Positions 47,801-55,610 of a stretch of 64,000 nt of DNA are shown one piece after another. A program made the position numbers and the translations under genes. The notes beneath the pieces were generated by a model. That model was not told the DNA's origin. It was given only the letters and a program-made list of their open reading frames with translations, and ran no database searches. Source of the DNA: an uncultured Gammaproteobacteria bacterium (GTDB taxonomy: Bacteria; Patescibacteriota; Microgenomatia; UBA10105; UBA927); assembly GCA_964629685.1 (NCBI GenBank), contig CAZVTT010000001.1, positions 769,319-833,318 of the forward strand, written 5' to 3'. Each line of letters opens with the position of its first letter. The first letter of the stretch is position 1.

Positions 47801-48751
47801 ATGTCAAAAACTAAAATAAGTATTGTCGCCGGAGGAGCAGGATTTATTGGATCACATCTCTGTGATGCGCTGTTAGCTGCCGGTCATGAGGTATACGCGG
47901 TAGATAATCTGGCAACCGGAAACAGACAAAATAACGCTGCAGCTGTAAAAAATTCCGCATTTCATTTTTTAGAGCATGATGTTACGCAGCCTGTGCCATT
48001 AACAGTTAGACCGGATTATATTTTTCATCTGGCTTCTCCCGCCTCCGTGCCCGATTACCAGCGGCTTATGGAGGAGACAGCGCTCGTAAATGCGTTGGGA
48101 ACAAGGCTGTTACTCCAATTTGCACATGCGAGCGGAGCACGCTTTCTCTTTGCCTCTACCTCGGAAGTGTACGGTGATCCGAAGGAGCATCCGCAGCGGG
48201 AAACGTACTGGGGAAACGTAAATCCCAACGGTGAAAGGGCTTGTTATGATGAGTCAAAGCGGTACGGTGAAATGATGACGGAGTTATATGTGCGTAAACA
48301 TAATGTAGATGCCAGAATTGTACGGATTTTTAATACCTACGGGCCACGAATGCGCAAAACTGACGGAAGAGTAGTGTCCAACTTTATTAACCAAGCTTTA
48401 CGAAATGAACCATTTACGATCTACGGAGACGGGACGCAAACGCGTTCGTTCTGTTTTGTTTCCGATTTAGTTAACGGATTACTCAAATTGATGTTTACCG
48501 AAAACATTCAGGGTGAAGTCGTAAATTTGGGAAACCCGGAAGAGTTTCAGATGTTGGACTTTGCTAAAAAAATTGCCGGAATAACCGGACAAACACCAAA
48601 ATTTGTGTTTAAACCACTACCCGTAGATGATCCGACGCAGCGAAAGCCGGATATTCAGAAAGCAAAATCTCTTTTGGAATGGGTGCCAACAGTGTCAATT
48701 GATGCGGGGTTACGCCAGACAGTTGAATATTATAAATCGGCTACATACTAA
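47801..48751 (+). CDS. uxs: UDP-glucuronate decarboxylase (UDP-xylose synthase)
   Basis: ISIVAGGAGFIGSHLCDALL...HEVYAVDNLATG, ASTSEVYGDP..HPQRETYWGNVNPNGERACYDESKRYGE and RIFNTYGPRM make a characteristic UXS/ArnA-C-terminal signature. Confidence 0.85.
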   Translation: MSKTKISIVAGGAGFIGSHLCDALLAAGHEVYAVDNLATGNRQNNAAAVKNSAFHFLEHDVTQPVPLTVRPDYIFHLASPASVPDYQRLMEETALVNALGTRLLLQFAHASGARFLFASTSEVYGDPKEHPQRETYWGNVNPNGERACYDESKRYGEMMTELYVRKHNVDARIVRIFNTYGPRMRKTDGRVVSNFINQALRNEPFTIYGDGTQTRSFCFVSDLVNGLLKLMFTENIQGEVVNLGNPEEFQMLDFAKKIAGITGQTPKFVFKPLPVDDPTQRKPDIQKAKSLLEWVPTVSIDAGLRQTVEYYKSATY

Positions 48752-48757
48752 GGTTTT

Positions 48758-49003
48758 ATGAAACCACAGGATTTACTATTCATCGTATCCCTTTTTTTAA
48801 TTCTTAGGTTCAGCAAGGAACAGTTTATTCCTGCCATTGCACTTATATGTATCGTTATGGCAATACCGCTGTATGCCACATGGACTTTTTTTACGGCGGA
48901 ACGACTGATATGGTATGCTGCGTTTCTTATAACGTGTTACCTAATACGTGAAGTTTGGATACAAGGTACTGTAGTTAAACATTCTTGGAGGAAAAGCGCA
49001 TGA
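48758..49003 (+). CDS. Small (81 aa) 2-3 TM membrane protein, unknown
   Basis: A hydrophobic ORF that exactly fills the gap between uxs and galE. Its stop overlaps the galE ATG (ATGA). Confidence 0.3.
   Translation: MKPQDLLFIVSLFLILRFSKEQFIPAIALICIVMAIPLYATWTFFTAERLIWYAAFLITCYLIREVWIQGTVVKHSWRKSA
48987..48992 (+). promoter_or_regulatory. Shine-Dalgarno GGAGGA, 7 nt upstream of the galE ATG (one of few clear RBSs in the window)
   Basis: GGAGGAaaagcgcATG. Confidence 0.4.
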
Positions 49004-49989
49004 ATATACTGGTAACTGGCGGGGCTGGGTATATCGGTTCTATTACAAACAGGGTACTTACTGATGCCGGTCATAAAACCATCGTTTTTGACAATTTGTC
49101 TTCCGGTTATGCGGAAACCGTTCCGGCGAATCTAATAGTGGGAGATCTCCGGAACAAGCAGGATATACATAAAGTATTCTCGGATAATCATATAGACATT
49201 GTCGTACACTTTGCCGCTAAGGCGTTGGCGGGGGAGTCGATGAAGAATCCGTATGAATATTACGAAAATAACGTTCTGGGAGGATTAAATTTAGTCGAAG
49301 TCATGCGGGAGCATAATTGTAAGCAGATAATTTTTTCATCAACCTGTGCAGTATACGGATACCCGGATACTCTTCCGGTAACGGAAGAAGAGAAAATTAA
49401 TCCGGAAAGTGTTTACGGTTCATCCAAGCGGATGTTTGAAGAAGTGCTGGAGTGGTATGAAACGGTATACGGAATCAGACATGTAATTCTCCGGTATTTT
49501 AATGCCGCAGGGGCAGCTCTGGATGGTTCGTTAGGCGAACGTCACGTACCCGAAACGCACATTATTCCGATTGCTTTAGATGTAGCTTCAGGAAAAAAAC
49601 CGGCATTTTCCGTGTTCGGAAACGATTACGATACCGCGGACGGAACTTGTGTGCGGGACTATATTCACGTATTGGATTTGGCAATCGCCCATAAACAGGC
49701 TGCCGAGTATTTGGATAATAAAGAACACGGATCCGTGGTAGTGAACTTAGGTGCCGGTAAAGGATATAGTAATCTTGAAATATTGGACACAATTGAGCAG
49801 GTTACAGGCAAAAAAGTGAATAGAAAAATTGAACCGAGGCGCCCTGGTGATCCCGCATGTATATATGCTCGCACGGATAAAGCTAAAAGAGTATTGGGGT
49901 GGACACCTCAGTATTCAGATATAAAGACTATTATCGAATCCGCCTGGAAGTGGCACATTACTTTAGAGCAAGCCGGACCAACCGTTTAA
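49000..49989 (+). CDS. galE: UDP-glucose 4-epimerase
   Basis: MNILVTGGAGYIGS...FDNLSSG, YGSSKRMFE (YxxxK), RYFNAAGA and the overall 330-aa length make a classic GalE. The track ORF begins at 48985; ATG 49000 is preferred. Confidence 0.8.
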   Translation: MNILVTGGAGYIGSITNRVLTDAGHKTIVFDNLSSGYAETVPANLIVGDLRNKQDIHKVFSDNHIDIVVHFAAKALAGESMKNPYEYYENNVLGGLNLVEVMREHNCKQIIFSSTCAVYGYPDTLPVTEEEKINPESVYGSSKRMFEEVLEWYETVYGIRHVILRYFNAAGAALDGSLGERHVPETHIIPIALDVASGKKPAFSVFGNDYDTADGTCVRDYIHVLDLAIAHKQAAEYLDNKEHGSVVVNLGAGKGYSNLEILDTIEQVTGKKVNRKIEPRRPGDPACIYARTDKAKRVLGWTPQYSDIKTIIESAWKWHITLEQAGPTV

Positions 49990-51192
49990 CTTCATTTTTG
50001 TCAGAGTTTTCGAATATACACGATTCCACGTCGTATTTTTGGCGAAGAGGAAGGCTGATTTTTTCATACGATTATAAAGCCTGGGATGAGCACATAACTG
50101 CAGTATTCCGTCAGCAAAAGCTTCAGCGGTATCCTTTCGGATAATGCCGGCGTTTTTACTTACAAGTTCTTTACCCAAAGGTGGTACATCGGTAGTTATT
50201 ACGGGCAGGCCGCAACCGAGATAAAGTCTGATTTTTGAAGCATCTGCGTATCTCCGTAATGTTCCAGGAACATCCCTGTATGGAGCCAATCCTATCATGA
50301 AGTGTTTAATTTCTTCTGCTAACTTTGTCGTATCGGTGTATAGGCCGTGGAATAGTACATGACGTTGAACATTAAGTCTCCTGGCGTATCGCTGTAGCTC
50401 CTGCTCTCTTTTCCTTGGGCCGCCATAGAAATGGAGTTTAACATTCGGATATCTTTTCTTAACATACTGTAGAGCATGAATAGCAAGCTCAGGGCCGTTT
50501 TCATATCCAAGAGATCCGGCAAAAACCAACGTCAGCGGTTTAATATTCTTTGCGGATATAAAATGGATTTGCGAAGGAAATAGTCCGTTATGGACTACGA
50601 TTACCGGTTTGCAGCGTTCTCGGGAGAGACCAGCGGCTATTCTCGCCGGTAGCATTGCCGGCGAAAGGTCCCAAATGAAATCAGCGTGATAGCAGCAGAA
50701 TCTATCCAGGTATGTGTACACTCCATTCATAAAAACATTGTCATACCGTTTTGGAGAATAGTCTGATACGTAATAGACTACGGTTTCTATGATTCCAAAG
50801 TATTTCAGAATAATTCCGGCGAGGGTATATACACATTCCAGTCCTATAAATAATTCATATTTTTTCCGGGAACGCATCACATATTCAAATACCGAAAAGA
50901 AATCCCGAAATTTAAATATTGGTTGCGTCTGTGTGACACTATTATTTTTTGATTGTAACCATAGCTGTAACACCCGGCTTACGATAGAGGTCTGACGGCG
51001 TGTCCGTTGTACACCGGAGTATCTGTCAAAATATGTGAGGACTGTACTGCTTCCCGGATGCGTTCCGTCTAGTAAATCAATCTGGGAAGCCCGCTGACCA
51101 AAGAATGATATAAGCGGTTCTATCATTCCGTTAAGCGGAGTACGTTCACCGTTCTGCCAAAATGAGAATGTTGCAATAAGTACTCTTTTCAT
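49963..51192 (-). CDS. Glycosyltransferase family 4-like; paralog of 31474-32637
   Basis: C-terminal LYLGCGLPVITTDVPPLGKEL and shared internal motifs (see 31474). Confidence 0.65.
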   Translation of the reverse strand: MKRVLIATFSFWQNGERTPLNGMIEPLISFFGQRASQIDLLDGTHPGSSTVLTYFDRYSGVQRTRRQTSIVSRVLQLWLQSKNNSVTQTQPIFKFRDFFSVFEYVMRSRKKYELFIGLECVYTLAGIILKYFGIIETVVYYVSDYSPKRYDNVFMNGVYTYLDRFCCYHADFIWDLSPAMLPARIAAGLSRERCKPVIVVHNGLFPSQIHFISAKNIKPLTLVFAGSLGYENGPELAIHALQYVKKRYPNVKLHFYGGPRKREQELQRYARRLNVQRHVLFHGLYTDTTKLAEEIKHFMIGLAPYRDVPGTLRRYADASKIRLYLGCGLPVITTDVPPLGKELVSKNAGIIRKDTAEAFADGILQLCAHPRLYNRMKKSAFLFAKNTTWNRVYSKTLTKMKLNGWSGLL

Positions 51193-51221
51193 GCTCGAAG
51201 AACACAGTGGGCAAGGATGTG

Positions 51222-52358
51222 TTATCTGGGTTTGCTTCTGCTTATTTTTGTGGTGTTAAAAAAGGATTCGATTTTATCTGCTACCTGTTGCTGCTCTGAC
51301 TGGGTAATATGCGGGAAAAAGGGTAATGATACTATTTGTTTGGCCGCTTTTTCGGAAACAGGTAAGTCACCCCGTCTATATCCTAATTCCCTGTATGCCG
51401 GTTGAAGATGTATCGGCAGAGGATAATGAACAGCTGTATGTATACCTTGTGTCTCAAGATATGCTTGCAAAGCGTCACGTCTTGGTGTCTGTATTACATA
51501 TAAATAGTAAACGTGTTCCGCATCCGGGTGTGTGGCCGGAAGCGTAATGGGAAAGTGCCTCATGTTTTTGTTATACCATTCCGCCTTTGTTTTCCGTAGC
51601 GTATTCCACGCAGCCAGTTTTCTAAGTTTTACGGACAATATCGTTGCCTGCAGTGCATCAAGTCGGCTGTTGTATCCTTTTACGGGATGTTGATACCAAC
51701 CGGCTCTCCCCACGTTTCTCAGTATCGTAATTTGTTTAGCCAGATTTGCCTGCTTAACCGTTATTGCCCCGCCATCTCCGTACGCGCCCAGGTTTTTAGT
51801 CGGATAAAATGAATATACTACAGCGTCTGCGTAGTGCATGAGTGGTTTACCTCTAAATGTTGCTCCGTGAGATTGGCAGGCGTCCAATACAATTTTAAGT
51901 TTGTATCGTTTAGCCAGAGCAGCTATTTTATCAAGTTGTGGCGGTTGCCCATATAAACATACCGGGAGTATCGCCCGGGTTTTTTTGTTTATTTTCGCCT
52001 CAATAAGATCCTGATTCATATTCAGCGTATCCGGGTGTACATCAACAAAAACGGGAGTTGCTCCGGCATAACTAATCCCCAAGGCCGTTGCAATGAATGA
52101 ATGAGAGACGGTAATTACTTCATCTCCTGGACCGATACCAAGCGCTTTTAGTGCCATCAATAAGCCATCAGTTCCGTTGGCTATGCCAATTGCGTGAGAA
52201 CTGTGCGTTGCCTGTGCAAACTGTTTTTCAAATAGTTCAACCTGGGAACCGAGAATATAGCTTCCTTTACGCATGAGCGTAAGTACGTTCTTTTCTATCT
52301 CATTCTGCAGTTCAGCATGCTGCCTGGCAAGATCGACAAACGGTACATTTCGTTTCAT
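51222..52358 (-). CDS. DegT/DnrJ/EryC1/StrS-family PLP-dependent sugar aminotransferase (WbpE/ArnB/PglE-like)
   Basis: VPFVDLARQHAELQNEIEKNV...GSYILGSQVELFEKQFA...AIGIANGTDGLLMALKALGIGPGDEVITVSHSFIAT. Confidence 0.85.
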   Translation of the reverse strand: MKRNVPFVDLARQHAELQNEIEKNVLTLMRKGSYILGSQVELFEKQFAQATHSSHAIGIANGTDGLLMALKALGIGPGDEVITVSHSFIATALGISYAGATPVFVDVHPDTLNMNQDLIEAKINKKTRAILPVCLYGQPPQLDKIAALAKRYKLKIVLDACQSHGATFRGKPLMHYADAVVYSFYPTKNLGAYGDGGAITVKQANLAKQITILRNVGRAGWYQHPVKGYNSRLDALQATILSVKLRKLAAWNTLRKTKAEWYNKNMRHFPITLPATHPDAEHVYYLYVIQTPRRDALQAYLETQGIHTAVHYPLPIHLQPAYRELGYRRGDLPVSEKAAKQIVSLPFFPHITQSEQQQVADKIESFFNTTKISRSKPR

Positions 52359-52810
52359 AATATTTTTGCCGGATTTCCTGCAACGGTAGTGTTCGGCGCA
52401 ACATCCGAGACTACCACGCTACCAGCTCCTACCGTGGCATTTTCACCTATCGTTAGGCCGCACATAATGGTTGCGTTGGCTCCGATGGCCGCACCTTTTT
52501 TTACGGTGGTTTTTTCTACCGTCCAGTTGCTTTTCTGTTTAAGTTCTCCGTTATCCGTGGTAGCTCTGGGATTTCGGTCATTAATAAAACAGACATGTGG
52601 TCCGATAAAAACGTTATCCTCGATAGTGACACCTTCCGGTATAAATGCGAAGGCCTGAATTTTAACGTTATTTCCTATTTTCACATCCGGTTTAATTTCA
52701 ACAAAACTTCCTATCCGGCAATTGGAGCCGATAGTGCATCCATAAATATTTACCTGTTCCGGATGAAAAATAACCGTATCTTTCCCGATAATGGTATGCG
52801 GTCCTATCAT
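52355..52810 (-). CDS. Hexapeptide-repeat sugar N-acetyltransferase (WbpD/PglD-like short LbH)
   Basis: 151 aa that is almost entirely hexapeptide repeats (IGSNCRIGSFVEIKPDVKIGNNVKIQAFAFIPEGVTIEDNVFIGPHV...). ATGA overlap with the aminotransferase. Confidence 0.7.
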   Translation of the reverse strand: MIGPHTIIGKDTVIFHPEQVNIYGCTIGSNCRIGSFVEIKPDVKIGNNVKIQAFAFIPEGVTIEDNVFIGPHVCFINDRNPRATTDNGELKQKSNWTVEKTTVKKGAAIGANATIMCGLTIGENATVGAGSVVVSDVAPNTTVAGNPAKIL

Positions 52811-52811
52811 T

Positions 52812-53822
52812 TTATTTAATGGAAATAAATTTCCCGTTACGTTTTAATGATTTTTCGGCTGCATCAAGTATCTCAATCACCCGTAATCCGGCATGACCGT
52901 CGGATCTGGGTTTGCGCTTCTTCCGGATAGAATCAACAAAATGTTTGCTCATGAAGTGCAGCGCTTCTATATCATCTAGCCTTGGAGAATACATATCTCC
53001 CACTCGATACTGAAACCGGCTGATGTTAATATCCTGCGCATTTTGTTCAAATGTAATGGCGCGGTCATACACTTTTATTTTTTCTATCGGTTCCATATCA
53101 TTGTACACTATCATTTTTTTCAAACCGGAAATCAAGGTCATCCGCAGCTTTACCGGTGCTAACCAATTTACGTGTATATGACTAATAAGATTATCGTCAA
53201 ACTTAACAGTGACATAAACGATATTTTCCAGGCCTTTTTTGATATGGGAGGAACCGACGGCAGATACGGCTATCGGTTTTTTGCCGATTATATAGTCCAT
53301 GATCGAAATGTCATGCGTTGCCAGATCCCACAACACGTTGGTCCGTTGCTGAAATAGTCCAAGATTTACACGGACAGAATCAAAATAACATAATTTTCCG
53401 AGTGTGTTTTTATCTACTATTTGTTTAATTTTTTGGACAGCAGCGGAGTATACAAACGTGTGATCAACCATCAGGGTAACATGGTTTTTTTCCGCCAAAT
53501 GTACCAATGATTTGGCTTCCTTAAGGGATGCCGCCATTGGTTTTTCCAGGAGGACATGTTTTCCCGCTTGAATTGCTTTTTTTCCGATCGGGAAATGCGT
53601 ATGCACTGGGGTTGCGATAACTACGGCCTGAATTTGTTTGTTTTTGATAATACTGTCGATTGACGTTACGGTCTCTATGGTGGGAAATGCATCTTTAACT
53701 GTTTTTAGTTTCTTTGCATCAATATCACAGACATGACTCACCAGCACACCGGGAAGTGAATAAAAATTTCTTACGAGGTTAGGCCCCCAATAACCACATC
53801 CTATGACGGCAATTTGTAACAT
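52812..53822 (-). CDS. Gfo/Idh/MocA-family NAD(P)-dependent oxidoreductase (WbpB-like nucleotide-sugar dehydrogenase)
   Basis: MLQIAVIGCGYWGPNLVRNF forms the N-terminal Rossmann domain. EKPMAASLKEAKSLV is the typical EKP motif. Confidence 0.8.
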   Translation of the reverse strand: MLQIAVIGCGYWGPNLVRNFYSLPGVLVSHVCDIDAKKLKTVKDAFPTIETVTSIDSIIKNKQIQAVVIATPVHTHFPIGKKAIQAGKHVLLEKPMAASLKEAKSLVHLAEKNHVTLMVDHTFVYSAAVQKIKQIVDKNTLGKLCYFDSVRVNLGLFQQRTNVLWDLATHDISIMDYIIGKKPIAVSAVGSSHIKKGLENIVYVTVKFDDNLISHIHVNWLAPVKLRMTLISGLKKMIVYNDMEPIEKIKVYDRAITFEQNAQDINISRFQYRVGDMYSPRLDDIEALHFMSKHFVDSIRKKRKPRSDGHAGLRVIEILDAAEKSLKRNGKFISIK

Positions 53823-53896
53823 ATTAGGTTTATCCCTTGACGTTATATCAGAAAACTACTACTCCGTTAAGTAGTGGGCAGCACATGGGGCAGGTA

Positions 53897-53923
53897 TTGA
53901 CGGTTGGGTACATTTCGTATATA
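53897..53923 (+). promoter_or_regulatory. Putative sigma70-like promoter (TTGACG-N15-TATATA) for the plus-strand block that starts with the GT2 at 53949
   Basis: TTGACG at 53897-53902 and TATATA at 53918-53923. The spacing is short. Confidence 0.2.
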
Positions 53924-53948
53924 CCTCGTCTATTGGTCAAAAAGCAAT

Positions 53949-54623
53949 ATGGAATTATCAGTAATCTTCCCTGTTCATAATGAAGCCGGTACAATTGAAA
54001 AAACAATAAGTAGGGCCGTAACCGTACTCAAGGAAGCAGGAATTTCCTGTGACATCATTTGTGTAGAAAACGGTTCGACGGATACGTCTGCACAAGTGTT
54101 GCAACAGATAGTGCGAAAATACCGAAATGTCCGTATGATCACTTCGGCAAAAGGGTGGGGGAATGCAGTAAAGCGGGGACTTTCGGAGGCAAAAGGAAAA
54201 TATTTATGTTACATGGTTTCGGATTATCAGGTAGATCCCCAACACATCGTTACGGTTTATAGGGAACTGATGAAAAATCCGGGTACACTTGTTAAAGTAA
54301 CCCGGATTACGCGTGAGAATAGACAGCGTCTGATTAATTCGCGGACATACAACATCTTCGCAAAATTATTATTCGGATTTTCTACAATAGATATAAACGC
54401 AACGCCAAAAGTGTTTGATCGTAAGCTCATTTCCGGATATACCTTTATATCCCCCAACATCGCATTCGATTTGGAGTTACTGAAGAAAGTTACCCACGAC
54501 GGTGTTAATGTTATAGATATACCAGTAAAAAGTCTGCGTCGGGATGCCGGGACATCTACTACAAATTGGAAATCAGTTTTGGAAATGGTGCGCTATATGC
54601 TTAGATTTCGAATATCGGTCTGA
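53949..54623 (+). CDS. Glycosyltransferase family 2 (Dpm1/GtrB-like polyprenyl-phosphate sugar synthase candidate)
   Basis: MELSVIFPVHNEAGTIEKTI...ICVENGSTDTS...YMVSDYQVDP. The track ORF uses TTG at 53904; ATG 53949 is preferred. Confidence 0.7.
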   Translation: MELSVIFPVHNEAGTIEKTISRAVTVLKEAGISCDIICVENGSTDTSAQVLQQIVRKYRNVRMITSAKGWGNAVKRGLSEAKGKYLCYMVSDYQVDPQHIVTVYRELMKNPGTLVKVTRITRENRQRLINSRTYNIFAKLLFGFSTIDINATPKVFDRKLISGYTFISPNIAFDLELLKKVTHDGVNVIDIPVKSLRRDAGTSTTNWKSVLEMVRYMLRFRISV

Positions 54624-54671
54624 AAGTGCGACTTGCTATTCTCCTGAAGATGATTTTATAATTCCCGTTAT

Positions 54672-55610
54672 ATGTCAAAATCAACATCACCGTCCAAGTT
54701 TCAACTGATCATGATATCCGCTATGTATGAAAATGGTGGAAACACCATTCATCGCCATCTTGATGGTCATCCTCAACTTTTTGCGTATCCTTTTGAATCT
54801 CAACCGGGAACATTCATGGTTGCGGATTGGATGACAAGTATGTTTCCGCAAAAATACCGCTGGCCTGAATTTGGTTTGGAAGGAAACGTAGAACGCGATT
54901 ACGAAGCGATTATTGATGAAGAATTTAAAGTACGGGTAAATACTCCGCACGTTTCCAAATTTCGGGATCTATCAGACATGGGGTGTACCAATAAAGACCG
55001 CAAGGATCTTTTTATAAAATTTATGAAAAACAAGCCGCGTACCCGCGGTAACTTAATGGAAGCGTTTTACCGATCAACTTTTGACGCGTGGACCACGTAT
55101 AACCGAACGGGAAAAGAAGTAGCGTATGTCGGATACAGTCCAATTATCGGTGTCGATACGGATAAAATAGTAGCGGATTATCCCAACGCGATTGTCTTAC
55201 ACATAGTCAGAAATCCGTATGCAGCATTTGCGGAAACGAAACGTCGTCCAGTTCCGTATGGTTTGGAGAAATATATCCGGATATGGAACTATATGCAGTT
55301 AACCGCCTTAAATTTTGCAAATGTATATCCGAAGAATTTGGTAATGGTTCGTTATGAAGATATGGTGGAAAATAAAGAAAAATTCTTCAAAGATTTGAGC
55401 AAAAAATTGGGCATCTCCTATAGTGATACCATGTTATACCCGTCCTGGAATGGGAGGAGATTAGATCACCAGTATCCGTGGGGTACCATAGAAATTCCGA
55501 CCAAAGAAGCGAATAAAGAAACGACGTACGAATTAACTAAGGATGAATTTTCCAGGGTAAAAGCACTGACAATGGTGCTCAATAAAGTCCTGGGATATGA
55601 TCATCTTTAA
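54672..55610 (+). CDS. Sulfotransferase-family protein (Sulfotransfer_3-like) with a degenerate 5'-PSB motif
   Basis: ISAMYENGGNTIHRHLDGHPQL sits where the PKSGTT-type P-loop lies. LHIVRNPYAAFAE is 3'-PB-like. VRYEDMVENKEKFFKDLSKKLGI matches the sulfotransferase C-terminal motif rYEDLvxxPexxlxxlxxfLG. Confidence 0.45.
   Translation: MSKSTSPSKFQLIMISAMYENGGNTIHRHLDGHPQLFAYPFESQPGTFMVADWMTSMFPQKYRWPEFGLEGNVERDYEAIIDEEFKVRVNTPHVSKFRDLSDMGCTNKDRKDLFIKFMKNKPRTRGNLMEAFYRSTFDAWTTYNRTGKEVAYVGYSPIIGVDTDKIVADYPNAIVLHIVRNPYAAFAETKRRPVPYGLEKYIRIWNYMQLTALNFANVYPKNLVMVRYEDMVENKEKFFKDLSKKLGISYSDTMLYPSWNGRRLDHQYPWGTIEIPTKEANKETTYELTKDEFSRVKALTMVLNKVLGYDHL

Noticed and set aside
53904-53948. Track ORF start at 53904 for the GT2 (translated as M from a TTG codon)
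   Set aside because: Codon 53904-53906 is TTG. The GT2 signature begins at MELSVIFPVHNE, encoded from ATG 53949. The 15-codon extension would overlap the predicted promoter, so 53949 is used as the start.
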